From Desulfosoma sp. (GTDB lineage: Bacteria; Desulfobacterota; Syntrophobacteria; Syntrophobacterales; DSM-9756), in the NCBI GenBank assembly GCA_037481835.1, contig JBBFKW010000009.1, positions 64,001-128,000 of the forward strand: a stretch of DNA of 64,000 nucleotides, written 5' to 3'. The translations under genes were made by a program, and so were the position numbers. A model generated the notes under the pieces. It was not told the origin of the DNA and did no database searches. It saw only the letters and a program-made list of their open reading frames with translations. Positions within the stretch are counted from its first letter, which is position 1, and every line of letters starts with the position of its first letter. Shown here one piece after another: positions 47,095-60,469 of the stretch.

Positions 47095-47603
47095 GCCGAC
47101 GCCTCGAGAAGCCGCTTCTTCCATTTTCTTTTGAACATGTCCCGCTTGATGGGATTCAGATGATCGATAAAAAGGCGCCCGTTCAAATGGTCGATTTCAT
47201 GCTGGAGCACGACGGCGAGCAATCCGTCGGCGCGGATCTCCACCGGCTTTCCGTCCGCGTTCAGGCCGCGCACGACCACGTTTTCATGCCGCTGGACCTG
47301 GGCAAAGAATTCGGGGACACTCAAACACCCCTCTTCCCATATGAGCTCGCCGCTTGCCTCGATGATTTCCGGATTGACGAGCATGATCAAGCCGTGCGGG
47401 TCTTCTTCCCTTTGAAGGTCGATCACGATGAGCCGAACGGGCCGTCCCACCTGATTCGCCGCCAGACCGATCCCCGGGGCGTTGTACATGGTTTCGGCCA
47501 TATCGTCCATGAGCTTTCGCACGGCGCCGTCCACGATATCGATGGGGCGGGCCTTTTCACGAAGGACCGGATCCGGGTATACGCAAATGTCGAGAACAGC
47601 CAT
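47091..47603 (-). CDS. def: Peptide deformylase
   Basis: GIGLAANQ, EGCLS, HEIDH. Confidence 0.97.
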   Translation of the reverse strand: MAVLDICVYPDPVLREKARPIDIVDGAVRKLMDDMAETMYNAPGIGLAANQVGRPVRLIVIDLQREEDPHGLIMLVNPEIIEASGELIWEEGCLSVPEFFAQVQRHENVVVRGLNADGKPVEIRADGLLAVVLQHEIDHLNGRLFIDHLNPIKRDMFKRKWKKRLLEASA

Positions 47604-47719
47604 TTTCCGCCTCGCCACGAGTCAGATGGGAAAACGGACACCAAAGATGTCCAAGTGACTTCACAGTAATGGTCCACTGAGGAATTTGCAAGCTTCGGGA
47701 AAACGAGCACGCTTTGTTT

Positions 47720-50191
47720 TCACAGGCTCGAGACGGGATCGCGATCCACTGCAACCCGGACGCCGTGAAAATCGGCGGCCTTCGAAACGCCCAGCAGGGT
47801 TTTTTCCAAAAAAGCCTGGAGGTCTTCGGCACGCCAGGCTTTCACGTAGAGATTGTAACGGAAGCGGTTTTTCAACTTCTGGATAGGAGCGGGAGCCGGA
47901 CCCAGGACCGCCAGAGAGATGCCCTGGGATTCCAGAGCGGTTTTTGTTTCCCGGGCGACCCGCCCGAGTTCTGCAGCGGCTTGGGCGGCCGTGGTTTGTT
48001 GGGGCCCCGTGACCAGCAACCGGGCCATCCTCGTAAACGGCGGATACTGGAGCGTTCGGCGGGTGGCCAATTCGTGTTTGCAAAAATGATCATAGTCTAA
48101 CGCGGCCGCCGCTCGGATGACGTAATGGTGCGGGTTGTACGTCTGGATGACGACCCGTCCCGGCTTTTCGCCTCGGCCGGCCCGGCCCGCCACCTGCATG
48201 AGAAGTTGGGCCGTGGTTTCGCCCGAACGAAAGTCGCTGATCTGCAACGACGTATCCGCGTTGATGACCCCCACCAGGGTGACGTTGGGAAAGTCATGCC
48301 CCTTGGTAATCATTTGCGTCCCCACCATGACATGGGCCTTCCGGGAACGAAAGGCGTCGAGGGTGCGGACAAGCTTGGCCGGGCATGTCATGGCGTCCCG
48401 GTCCACGCGAAGTGTCTTCACATGAGGGAATTTCTGCCTCAGCTCCTCCTCGACCCGCTCTGTCCCGAACCCGAAAGGAATCATCACCCCCTTGGCACAC
48501 AGAGGGCAGGTTCCCGGCACGGGTTCTTCATGGCCGCAATAATGGCACAGGACTCGCTGCAGGCTTTGGTGATAGGTGAGGCTTACGGCGCAATGGGGAC
48601 ATTGGAGCACTGCGCCGCACGTGCGGCACAAAAAAAAGGAAGCGAACCCTCGACGGTTCAAAAAAAGCATGGCTTGGCCGTCGTCTTCCAGCGTCTCTTC
48701 AAGGGCCTTGTGCAATTCGGGGGAAATCACTCGAAAGGGACCCCGATGGCGCCTCATGTCCACAATATCGATGAGCGGCAACGGGCGGTCTTCCACTCTC
48801 TTCAAAAGCGTCACCAAGGCGTAGCGGCCCGCGCAGGCGTGATGGAACGATTGGAGCGACGGGGTGGCGGACCCCAGGATAACGGGAACGTTTGCGATCC
48901 TGGCGCGCATGACGGCCACATCCCGGGCGTGGTAGCGGAGCCGCTCTTCCTGCTTGTAGGAGCTGTCGTGTTCTTCATCCACGATGATCAACCCCAGGTT
49001 TTTCACAGGACTCAAGACCGCCGACCGCACTCCGAGGATCACCGCGGTGCGCCCTAAAGTCATTTTGCGCCACTGGTCGTCCCGCACCCCTGAAGCCAAG
49101 GCGCTGTGCCAAACGGCGAGGGACTCACCGAACCGTGCCCGGAAAAGCCCTTCCAGCTGGGTGCTCAGCGCGATTTCGGGAACCAAGACAAGAGCGGTTC
49201 GTCCCAGGCGGACCGTTTCTTCCACGAGTCGCAGGTAAATTTCTGTCTTCCCGCTTCCCGTGACCCCATAGAGCACAAAGGGCTTAAAGGACGGCGAGAG
49301 CACCGCCCCTTCCATCGCCTCCATGGCCGCCTTCTGCTCCGGAGTCAGCTCGTAGGGCGGGCTCGGCTCCAGCTCCTGCGCCATGGAGGATTCCCGCAAA
49401 ACCTCCCGTTCTTCAAGGGCAATGAAACCCTCGGCGGCAAGCTTCCTGACCCAATAGGACGCCTGGGGCACCTGACGGCGAAGATCCGAAAGGGGACACG
49501 CCCCGCCCGAATCCCGTAAAACCGTCACAAACCGCCGAAGATGGGGGCTTGCGGACAATCTCTTTTCCGGCGGATCTTCTTTCAGAATGACGACCTTCAC
49601 CCTCTTTGCGGAAGGCTCCAAAGACGGCCACGCGTACTCCCACGCGACCCACCCGAGGGATTCCAGGCGCTTGATGTGGGCCTTCCAGCCTTTAGGGAGT
49701 GTTTCCAGGTCCTTGAAGTCGAGCGCATCCTTATCCAGAAGGGCTGACTCCAAAGCTTGAGCGCCCAGTGTCTTTGGCCCTTGGCGCGGCCCTTGAAGGA
49801 GCGCGGTACGCCCCTCGACCGTGAGGCGATACCGCCTTTGGGGATGAGCCAAAAGGCTCGAGGGCAAGACGGCTTCCAGAATAGACGGCAGCGGATGGAA
49901 ATAATAGGAGGACATCCAGCGGCACAGCGCGAGCATATCCGCCGGGAGAAGAGGTTCATCGTCCACCACGGCGCGGATGTCCTTCAGCCCTCCCCGGATG
50001 TTTTCCTCGGGACCCCGATCGTCCAAGGCCACGACAAGAGCCACGGCTTCGCGATGCCCCAAAGGGACCAAAACCCGCCGGCCCACAAGGTCCGCCCCGA
50101 CCAACCCCTCGGGAACGCGATAATGCAAGCAGGTGGACGGGCCTCTCAGGACCGCGCACAAAGCCAAGGGCTCATGGGAGGAAGACAGCAT
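47720..50191 (-). CDS. priA: Primosomal protein N' helicase
   Basis: GVTGSGKT, VPEIAL, DEEH, Cys-rich region CRTC/CPHC/CHYC/CPLC, QVAGRAGR. Confidence 0.96.
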   Translation of the reverse strand: MLSSSHEPLALCAVLRGPSTCLHYRVPEGLVGADLVGRRVLVPLGHREAVALVVALDDRGPEENIRGGLKDIRAVVDDEPLLPADMLALCRWMSSYYFHPLPSILEAVLPSSLLAHPQRRYRLTVEGRTALLQGPRQGPKTLGAQALESALLDKDALDFKDLETLPKGWKAHIKRLESLGWVAWEYAWPSLEPSAKRVKVVILKEDPPEKRLSASPHLRRFVTVLRDSGGACPLSDLRRQVPQASYWVRKLAAEGFIALEEREVLRESSMAQELEPSPPYELTPEQKAAMEAMEGAVLSPSFKPFVLYGVTGSGKTEIYLRLVEETVRLGRTALVLVPEIALSTQLEGLFRARFGESLAVWHSALASGVRDDQWRKMTLGRTAVILGVRSAVLSPVKNLGLIIVDEEHDSSYKQEERLRYHARDVAVMRARIANVPVILGSATPSLQSFHHACAGRYALVTLLKRVEDRPLPLIDIVDMRRHRGPFRVISPELHKALEETLEDDGQAMLFLNRRGFASFFLCRTCGAVLQCPHCAVSLTYHQSLQRVLCHYCGHEEPVPGTCPLCAKGVMIPFGFGTERVEEELRQKFPHVKTLRVDRDAMTCPAKLVRTLDAFRSRKAHVMVGTQMITKGHDFPNVTLVGVINADTSLQISDFRSGETTAQLLMQVAGRAGRGEKPGRVVIQTYNPHHYVIRAAAALDYDHFCKHELATRRTLQYPPFTRMARLLVTGPQQTTAAQAAAELGRVARETKTALESQGISLAVLGPAPAPIQKLKNRFRYNLYVKAWRAEDLQAFLEKTLLGVSKAADFHGVRVAVDRDPVSSL

Positions 50192-50649
50192 GGGCGGGCG
50201 ACCTCCGTTCGCCTTTGTGTCGGAGAAACCGCGGAACGAACTTTAGGGAACGTTGGAGTTCCCGGAAGAAGCGGTTTTTCACCTAACACATCCTCAAAGA
50301 ACCCGTCAAAACAAAGGGGACCGACCCCGGGCTCACCGACGCCGGTCTCCGCGCGGCATTCCCGCCTCATGGAAACCCTTCAGCTTAAGATCCTGTTTTT
50401 TCATCATTATTTTTTATAGAAACCGACCCGGCTTTCCCACGAAGACGGCCCTTTCAAAAAATTCTTGATTCCATGCGGTTTTTCAGCGATTAATCCCTTG
50501 CCAAGGGCACTTCGGCCGCTATAATTGCCCTGACTTTGTGAACCTTCAGCCCCCGTGGAATGAGTGCCATAAAGCTTTTCGGTGTTTCCCTTTGGTATGT
50601 TGCCGGGAGTGGGGTGAGGCTTGAATCATAAATCTTAGAGGAGGAGAGC

Positions 50650-50922
50650 ATGACGAAGGCGGATCTTATTTCCAAAATGGCCGACGAGGCAGGAATCACC
50701 AAGGCCGCGGCGGAGAAGGCGCTCAACAGTTTCGTGGCCGCCGTCGCCGACAGTTTGGCCAAGGGGGACAAGGTGACTTTGGTGGGCTTCGGCACCTTCA
50801 GCGTCGCCGAAAGGGCCCAGAGGGAAGGCCGGAACCCGCGCACGGGCGAAACGATCACCATCGCCGCCAGTAAAACCATCAAATTCAAAGCGGGCAGCAA
50901 GCTCAAAGACGCTCTCCAATAA
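50650..50922 (+). CDS. hup: DNA-binding protein HU
   Basis: MTKADLI...GFGTF...GRNPRTG...FKAG; GAGGAG RBS. Confidence 0.96.
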   Translation: MTKADLISKMADEAGITKAAAEKALNSFVAAVADSLAKGDKVTLVGFGTFSVAERAQREGRNPRTGETITIAASKTIKFKAGSKLKDALQ

Positions 50923-50946
50923 CTCTCCTTCACTCACAGGCTGGAC

Positions 50947-50996
50947 GGGAGAACCTGGCGCTCGGCAAAACGAACGCCAGGTTCTCCCTTTTGTTT
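50947..50996 (+). terminator. Rho-independent terminator after HU
   Basis: GGGAGAACCTGGCG / CGCCAGGTTCTCCC 14-bp stem followed by TTTTGTTT. Confidence 0.85.
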
Positions 50997-51022
50997 ATGA
51001 GCCCCCAAGGGCCGTGCGCTTC

Positions 51023-51748
51023 ATGGAAAAAGCCGTACCCAAAGCCCTCATCGAGCCCGCACGATCCAAGAAGGACGTTCCGCTGCCCGCCGACGCCTTC
51101 CTTGTGTTCACTGCCGAGGACATGAAACTCATGAAGGCTCAATGGGCTTCGTGCCGTCGCGCGCAACGTTTGTTTCTGAGCGATGTGATCCTCTGCACCG
51201 GCGACGGACCCCCCGCCGCACTTGTCGGTCCCCTGATCGGTGCGCCGCAAGCCGTCTTGGTCCTGGAAAAGATGATCGCCCTGGGGGTTCGCCGGGTGAT
51301 CGCCTACGGATGGTGCGGTTCCCTGCAACCTCAGGTCGCCATCGGCCATGTGGTGCTGCCCGAGGCGGTCCATTCCGAGGAAGGGACCTCGGCCCATTAT
51401 CCCATCCCCGGCGCTCCCGGCCCTTCCCCCGAACTGTTCCGAAGGCTCGAAGCCGCCCTGCGCTCCGACCCACATCTTACGGTCCACAAAGGGTCCGTTT
51501 GGTCCACGGACGCCCCCTATCGGGAAACGGAAGAAAAAGTCCGATTTTTCCAGGAACGGGGCGTTCTCGGGGTGGACATGGAAATGTCCGCGCTCTTCAC
51601 GGCGGCCGCGTTTCGAGGAATCGACCTGGCCGGTGTGTTGGTGGTCTCCGACGACCTTTCGCGCCTGACGTGGCGTCACGGATTCCGAGACCCTCAATTC
51701 CAGGAAACGAGAAACCGCCTGCCCGAGCGGCTCCGCCGTCTTTTCTAA
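51023..51748 (+). CDS. Nucleoside phosphorylase (PNP/UDP family)
   Basis: GWCGSL, EEGTSAHY, WSTDAPYRET, VDMEMSA, VSD. Confidence 0.88.
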   Translation: MEKAVPKALIEPARSKKDVPLPADAFLVFTAEDMKLMKAQWASCRRAQRLFLSDVILCTGDGPPAALVGPLIGAPQAVLVLEKMIALGVRRVIAYGWCGSLQPQVAIGHVVLPEAVHSEEGTSAHYPIPGAPGPSPELFRRLEAALRSDPHLTVHKGSVWSTDAPYRETEEKVRFFQERGVLGVDMEMSALFTAAAFRGIDLAGVLVVSDDLSRLTWRHGFRDPQFQETRNRLPERLRRLF

Positions 51749-52100
51749 AACCGCGCCTCCGCCCTTGCTCCCGCCCTGAAACACCGTGTATTTTGAACGG
51801 CGAGGGGAAACACGCCCCTGGCCGTCACACCGGTCGAGAAAGGGCGGCAAGCCCTTTCCATGGCTAGAGCCTCATCTCCCAACTCTTTGGCCGGACTTGT
51901 GCGCGCTTCGGGAATCCAAGAGGGCCGGCAGGGACATTGAAAAATTACCGCGCATGAGCGCGAATGAATATATCCGGGCGCAGATGGATTCGGGAGGGCA
52001 TTAGGAACGGTTCTGGCCGCGACCCGAATCGTCGGCATATCGGCTTCACCAGAAGGGGCGCATGCACGGCGGACTCTTTTATGGATGCGGAGGAGACCCC

Positions 52101-55180
<3,080 letters not shown>

Positions 55181-55226
55181 GCCTGAGCCGGGCGGACCAC
55201 GCACTCAGGGATGGAAAGGAACTGGG

Positions 55227-55511
55227 ATGGAAAAGAAACGCGTGCATGTGTGGATTTCCGGCAGAGTCCAGGGGGTCTTCTACAGGGCCTACACCCAGGA
55301 CGCCGCACGAAGTCAGGGGGTCACCGGCTGGGTGCGCAATCTTCCGGACGGCCGGGTGGAAGCGGTCTTCGAAGGGGACGCCCGGGCCGTGGACGCCATG
55401 GTCCAATGGTGCCATCGAGGAAGCCCCCTGAGCCGCGTGGATCGGGTGGATGTGCAAGAAGAACCTTACCAAGGGGAATTCGCCGACTTCGGCGTGCGCT
55501 CATGGAGATAA
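55227..55511 (+). CDS. Acylphosphatase
   Basis: GRVQGVFYR, GWVRNLPDGRVE. Confidence 0.93.
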   Translation: MEKKRVHVWISGRVQGVFYRAYTQDAARSQGVTGWVRNLPDGRVEAVFEGDARAVDAMVQWCHRGSPLSRVDRVDVQEEPYQGEFADFGVRSWR

Positions 55512-55515
55512 AGCT

Positions 55516-55848
55516 ATGAAAGAAACCTGGGACGCGGTTGTGGCCTTCCTGAAGGAATACAACATGACCAAAGCCGGCGAAGCGCTGCGCAACGTGGACT
55601 GGACGAAACTCCTCCACGAACCCCTGGTATGGCTTGCCATCATTTTCTTTCTCGGATGGGTGGTCTGGAAAAAAGCCCTGCGAAGCCTCCTCGTCGTCTG
55701 CTCCATTATCGCTTTCGTCGTCCTGCTCCACTACACCCTGCCGCCCGCCGGGGAAGCTTTCTCACTGGGGAAACTCCTGCCGTTCGCCGGAGGATGCCTG
55801 GGACTGCTTGCCGTGAATATTTATTTTCTCATCATTCGGAACGGCTAA
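55516..55848 (+). CDS. Small membrane protein (3 TM)
   Basis: GGAG RBS and hydrophobic segments. Confidence 0.7.
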   Translation: MKETWDAVVAFLKEYNMTKAGEALRNVDWTKLLHEPLVWLAIIFFLGWVVWKKALRSLLVVCSIIAFVVLLHYTLPPAGEAFSLGKLLPFAGGCLGLLAVNIYFLIIRNG

Positions 55849-57257
55849 CCCAGAGGCTTCCATTGGATTTCCAGCACCGTTCGGGTCCGATCGCTCACCT
55901 TAACGCGATCATCCATGCGATACCCGACGACCCAGCAGATCTTTTCGCGGTCGCACACGAGAGGAACCCGGGGTCGCGTTGTGCGCGGCACTTTGGCGTC
56001 CGTGAAAAAATCCTGGAGTTTTTTCGATCCGGGGCCGCCTAAAGGGCGAAAGCGGTCACCGGCCCGGAAGGTGCGCACTTTCAGAGGCCAAAGGACGGCT
56101 TGGGCGTCCAGTAGCGCAGTCCAAGGATCCGCACCCGGGATCCGCACCTCACGGACCGCGCGCTCCCGGATCGTGATTTCCGCTTGGAATTCAGGCACCG
56201 CATGCCCGCCGAGCCCGAACATCTCCCGGCTTTCCACCAAGGGCGGCTCTTCGGCGCGCTTTGTCAGCACAATCCTTGAGCCTTCCCGAAACACACGAAC
56301 TCCTGCAGGCAAGATCACCTGCCGCCCCGAAGGGGCTTGCCGAAGGAGCCGTTCCAGAGCCTTAAGGTGCACGGCAAAGATTCCCGCGGAAAAACCGATT
56401 CTCTCCAGGGCCCGCCGAAACAGGCGGGAGGACAGGGCGCCGTGGAGGGCCTGCATCCCCAAAGCGTCAAAAACCACGGTGTCGATCCCTTCGGCGCAAA
56501 CCACGCGGCCCCACGCCTCATCGATCTGGCCGGCCCAATAGTCGTCGTCCTCGGCCGCAAGGTCCGCATGGCGGCATAGCACCCGCCGCACCGTTGGGTG
56601 GAAGATCTTTTCCAAAAGAGGCAAAACCTCGCGTCGGACTCGATTTCTCTGGCAAAAGCCATCCAGGTTCGTGGCGTCCTCGCGAAAACTCCGGCCCGTA
56701 TCACCGAGATAATGCAAGATTTCGGCACGGCTCGCCCACAAAAGAGGCCGAATGAAGCCTCCCGCCGTGTGCGCCCGCATGCCCCTAAGGCCCCCCGGGC
56801 CCGTGCCACGGCATAACCGCAGGAGCACCTCTTCGGCCTGGTCGTCCGCCGTATGGCCCAGGGCAAGTCGCTGGAGGTTCCGACGATGCATGGCCTCCAC
56901 GTAGAAGGCCCGCCGGCACAACCGCGCCGCCATCTCCAAAGAAACTCGGTGATCTCTTTGAAACCCACGCACGTCCCCACGGCCGACGAGGATCTCGCAC
57001 CCCAGCCGCCCGGCCAGTTCTTCAACGAAACGGCGATCGGCCGAGGAATCCTCGCCTCGAAGGCCGTGATCATAGTGAAGGACGACCAGCGATTCGATGG
57101 AAAGGAGCGGCCTAAGGGCGTGGAGGGCGTAAAGAAGGGCCACCGAATCCGGGCCTCCGGAAACGGCGACACCCAAGGACAGGCCGATGTGGCACAATCC
57201 GGTGCGCCGCATGGCATCCAGGGTTTTTTTTTCGAAGGGGTGAAGCAATCCCGTCAC
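55845..57257 (-). CDS. tilS: tRNA(Ile)-lysidine synthetase
   Basis: AVSGGPDS, DHGLR, GHTADDQAE, RPLL, RNRVR, TilS C-terminal domain. Confidence 0.95.
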   Translation of the reverse strand: MTGLLHPFEKKTLDAMRRTGLCHIGLSLGVAVSGGPDSVALLYALHALRPLLSIESLVVLHYDHGLRGEDSSADRRFVEELAGRLGCEILVGRGDVRGFQRDHRVSLEMAARLCRRAFYVEAMHRRNLQRLALGHTADDQAEEVLLRLCRGTGPGGLRGMRAHTAGGFIRPLLWASRAEILHYLGDTGRSFREDATNLDGFCQRNRVRREVLPLLEKIFHPTVRRVLCRHADLAAEDDDYWAGQIDEAWGRVVCAEGIDTVVFDALGMQALHGALSSRLFRRALERIGFSAGIFAVHLKALERLLRQAPSGRQVILPAGVRVFREGSRIVLTKRAEEPPLVESREMFGLGGHAVPEFQAEITIRERAVREVRIPGADPWTALLDAQAVLWPLKVRTFRAGDRFRPLGGPGSKKLQDFFTDAKVPRTTRPRVPLVCDREKICWVVGYRMDDRVKVSDRTRTVLEIQWKPLG

Positions 57258-58072
57258 GTGTTGCAGTCGGGAGCCGGCGCGTGGGGAAGGGCTTCCTGGC
57301 TGGACATCGGTGAGGAACTCTCCGGAGTCACGTCAAGGAGCGGCACAGCATCCTTCCATTTCTTGCCGCGAACAAGGAGCTTTCCGTCCCGATTGAGGAC
57401 CGTATTGTCTTCAAGAATGACCAACCCGTAGCGTTCGGCCACTTGCGATTTATAGTGGTATTCCATGGAGCGCTTACGAAGCTTGTAGTTGAGGATGAGA
57501 AAAACCAAAGCGAAAAAGCACGTCACAGCCAACAGGGTTCCACCGGCCATGAGGGCCACGCGCACGGTTTGTTCTCCAATTTCTCCGATGACGCGCAGCA
57601 CCACATCCAGGTGGTAGACCACGCCGATGGCGGCCGCCAAGAGTATCAGGAGCCCCAGGTAGGGAAGTTTTTGCAACCAGGCAATGGCCGCAGTCAGTCT
57701 GTAGCTTTTGGCTTCTTGGGGCGCGATTCGGGACAGGTCGTCTGTGGCGTCCTCTGCGGGATGGACCCCGCCGGAGCCCCCAAAATACCGGTTGAAACCC
57801 ACAACGACGGTTCCCAAAAGGAAGGTGACGGCCACAGGAGAAAGAAAGGCCACAAGGAAGTAGACCTTCCATGGGAAATGGCGCTCCACGGGCCCGAAAC
57901 GGTCGTAGCCGTCCGTTCCCAGCTGGTAGAGCCAGCAGCCGATGAAAATGGCCACTTCCAGCCACCCGAGAAAAATCAGATACTTGCGAAACAGCTCCTT
58001 GCGTTCCGTGTCGTCGAACAAGGCGGCCACACCACCTGGGGTTCTCTTGACTTTCTGCTCTTCTGCATTCAT
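57254..58072 (-). CDS. Hypothetical membrane protein (about 4 TM)
   Basis: ORF with four hydrophobic segments; overlaps the tilS start (GTGA). Start uncertain. Confidence 0.7.
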   Translation of the reverse strand: MNAEEQKVKRTPGGVAALFDDTERKELFRKYLIFLGWLEVAIFIGCWLYQLGTDGYDRFGPVERHFPWKVYFLVAFLSPVAVTFLLGTVVVGFNRYFGGSGGVHPAEDATDDLSRIAPQEAKSYRLTAAIAWLQKLPYLGLLILLAAAIGVVYHLDVVLRVIGEIGEQTVRVALMAGGTLLAVTCFFALVFLILNYKLRKRSMEYHYKSQVAERYGLVILEDNTVLNRDGKLLVRGKKWKDAVPLLDVTPESSSPMSSQEALPHAPAPDCNT

Positions 58073-58329
58073 GGTCGCGCCCACAGTTATACCCTCATCA
58101 ACAAGCCTGAATCCCCGCATGCCGCACCTTACCAAAACCCTCTCGGAACGGTCAACTCGGAAACAGGCCCGGAAGGCCCCCCATGTCCGCTGTGGCCATT
58201 TCCGGACGGCCGTGCCTTATCCACGAAAGCGTGTACAATAAACGGGACACGGGGATGACGGCACTGCCACGGGAAAATAGGGGCGGGCGCTTTCCACCAG
58301 CTTTCGGTTCTTCGATGCGGGAGAAAAGC

Positions 58330-59151
58330 ATGGATGTTTCTCATGAGAAGGTGATTCGGCTGGGTTGTTTTGCGGGGGCCTTAGTGATCATGGCCCTCCT
58401 GGAAGAGATCTTCCCGCGGCGTCCCAGAAGCCGCCCCAGGAGAGAGCGATGGCCTGCGAACCTGGCCATGGTCGTGTTGGGAGCGGTCCTTGTGCGGGGA
58501 GCGCTGCCGCTGGTGCCCGTGGAGGCCGCTGTGCTGGCGGCGCGAAAAGGCTGGGGCCTTTTGAACACGACGGCACTTCATCCGGTCTTGGCTTGGGGGG
58601 CCGCCGTCGTAATCCTGGACGGTGTGATCTACCTGCAGCATGTGCTCACCCACGCCGTGCCCACCCTCTGGCGGCTCCACATGATGCACCATGCGGACCT
58701 GGATCTTGACTGCACCACCGGCGTGCGCTTTCACCCGGTGGAGATCCTCCTTTCCGCAGGACTCAAGACGGCTGTCGCAGCGTCTCTCGGAGCGCCGGCA
58801 GGGGCGGTCGTCCTTTTCGAAATTCTTCTTAACGGCACAGCTCTCTTCAATCATGCCAACCTGAGACTGCCGATCCCGCTGGACGGACTGGTGCGGTTCG
58901 TGCTGGTCACCCCGGACATGCACCGGGTGCACCATTCGGTGATCATCCGGGAAACCCACAGCAACTTCGGCTTCTGCCTGTCCTGGTGGGATCGTCTCTT
59001 CGGGACCTACAAGGACCAGCCGGAAAAGGGGCACCTCGACATGACCATCGGCCTCAGCCAGTTTCGGGACCCGACCCAACTTACCCTGTTCAAACTTCTA
59101 ACCCTTCCGGTCACGGGCGATCCCGGCCGTCAGCCCATCAACCGGCACTGA
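58330..59151 (+). CDS. Sterol desaturase/fatty acid hydroxylase family
   Basis: His boxes HVLTH, HMMHH, HAN, HRVHH, and WDRLFGT. Confidence 0.88.
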   Translation: MDVSHEKVIRLGCFAGALVIMALLEEIFPRRPRSRPRRERWPANLAMVVLGAVLVRGALPLVPVEAAVLAARKGWGLLNTTALHPVLAWGAAVVILDGVIYLQHVLTHAVPTLWRLHMMHHADLDLDCTTGVRFHPVEILLSAGLKTAVAASLGAPAGAVVLFEILLNGTALFNHANLRLPIPLDGLVRFVLVTPDMHRVHHSVIIRETHSNFGFCLSWWDRLFGTYKDQPEKGHLDMTIGLSQFRDPTQLTLFKLLTLPVTGDPGRQPINRH

Positions 59152-59446
59152 CCGGGCCTTTGCAGGCATCAGCCCCAAAGATGCCATGGGAAGGGGTCGC
59201 TCAGGACGCGCCGATGCCGTTTAGGGCGGCGTGGGCATGCCTGTTCCTCTGGATATGGAGGCTTTTTCGGGATCGATCCGGTCGTAACAAGTCACGGCTT
59301 TTCAGAGAACCGGGGAAAAAGCTTTTTGATCTTTGGCGGCGCATGGGGCCTGTGGTAAGAAATCGTGCGTCGGTGAGTCCGGGCAATCGCGGGCGCTCTT
59401 GCCCTCTATCCAAGCTTGAAAGGGTCCCGACGGACGCGACGCTTTC

Positions 59447-59496
59447 GGAGGAGCCGGTTTCTTGGCGGTGGGGATCACGGCCAAGGCCGCTCCTAC
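59447..59496. repeat. GTAG-type REP-like element with a degenerate inverted partner
   Basis: Minus strand 59496-59474 reads GTAGGAGCGGCCTTGGCCGTGAT; degenerate GGAGGAGCCGGTTTCTTGGCGG on + from 59447. Confidence 0.5.
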
Positions 59497-59563
59497 ACAC
59501 CGGCGAAAGCTCTGTGCCTGCACGTTACTCGGCGAGAATCGAATGATTGTTGAGGAGACTGCC

Positions 59564-60463
59564 ATGCCAAATCCGACTCTTTTCGAAACCCACTTCCCAA
59601 CCCTGGCGCTCAAATCCCGAGGGAAAGTCCGCGACATTTACGATCTCGGAGACTCCCTGCTCATTGTCGCCACGGATCGCATCTCCGCCTTCGACGTGGT
59701 CATGCCTACGCCCATTCCCGATAAAGGTAGGATCCTTACGGCGCTTTCCCTTTTTTGGTTCGATTTCTTAAAGGATACCGTGCCCAATCACCTCCTCGGC
59801 ACGGACGTGGCCGCCTTTCCCGAGGCGTGCGCCCCCTATGCCGCCACACTCTTCGGCCGGTCCATGTGGGTGCGCAAAGCCGAACCGCTGCCCGTAGAGT
59901 GTATCGTCCGCGGATACTTGGTGGGTTCGGGATGGAAAGATTACCAGAAGACCGGTGCCGTGTGCGGCATCCCTCTTCCCAAGGGTTTGAAACTGGCCGA
60001 AAGGCTTCCCGAACCCATCTTCACCCCGTCCACCAAGGCGGAAAAAGGGGCACACGACGAAAACATCAGCTTTCAGGAAATGGTCGATCGGATCGGCGCC
60101 GATCTGGCTTCCCGGGTTCGGGACATGACCTTGGCCATCTACGAAAAGGCAGCGGCCTACGCCTTGGAAAAAGGCATCATCCTCGCCGATACCAAATTGG
60201 AATTCGGCCTTGCCGATGGTCGGCTCATCCTCATCGATGAAGTTCTGACCCCGGATTCCAGCCGCTTCTGGCCGGCGGACCGATACCGCCCTGGATCGAA
60301 TCCGGAAAGCTTCGACAAACAGTACCTTCGGGATTACCTGGTGGATATCGGCTGGAAGACGGAACAGCCGCCGCCGGAATTGCCGGAAACGGTCGTCCGA
60401 AACACCAGATCTCGGTACCTGGAAGCTCTGGAACGGCTTACAGGCCGGGGCTTGGACGGGTGA
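59564..60463 (+). CDS. purC: SAICAR synthase
   Basis: [45 protein letters not shown]. Confidence 0.96.
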   Translation: MPNPTLFETHFPTLALKSRGKVRDIYDLGDSLLIVATDRISAFDVVMPTPIPDKGRILTALSLFWFDFLKDTVPNHLLGTDVAAFPEACAPYAATLFGRSMWVRKAEPLPVECIVRGYLVGSGWKDYQKTGAVCGIPLPKGLKLAERLPEPIFTPSTKAEKGAHDENISFQEMVDRIGADLASRVRDMTLAIYEKAAAYALEKGIILADTKLEFGLADGRLILIDEVLTPDSSRFWPADRYRPGSNPESFDKQYLRDYLVDIGWKTEQPPPELPETVVRNTRSRYLEALERLTGRGLDG

Positions 60464-60469
60464 AACTTT

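Noticed and set aside
50200..50370. Structured-looking intergenic region upstream of priA
   Set aside because: Hairpins are present (GGGAAC/GTTCCC) but match no ncRNA or riboswitch I can recognise.
59350..59445. Possible purine-related riboswitch before purC
   Set aside because: No recognisable purine, ZTP or PRPP riboswitch consensus; an Infernal/Rfam scan would be needed.
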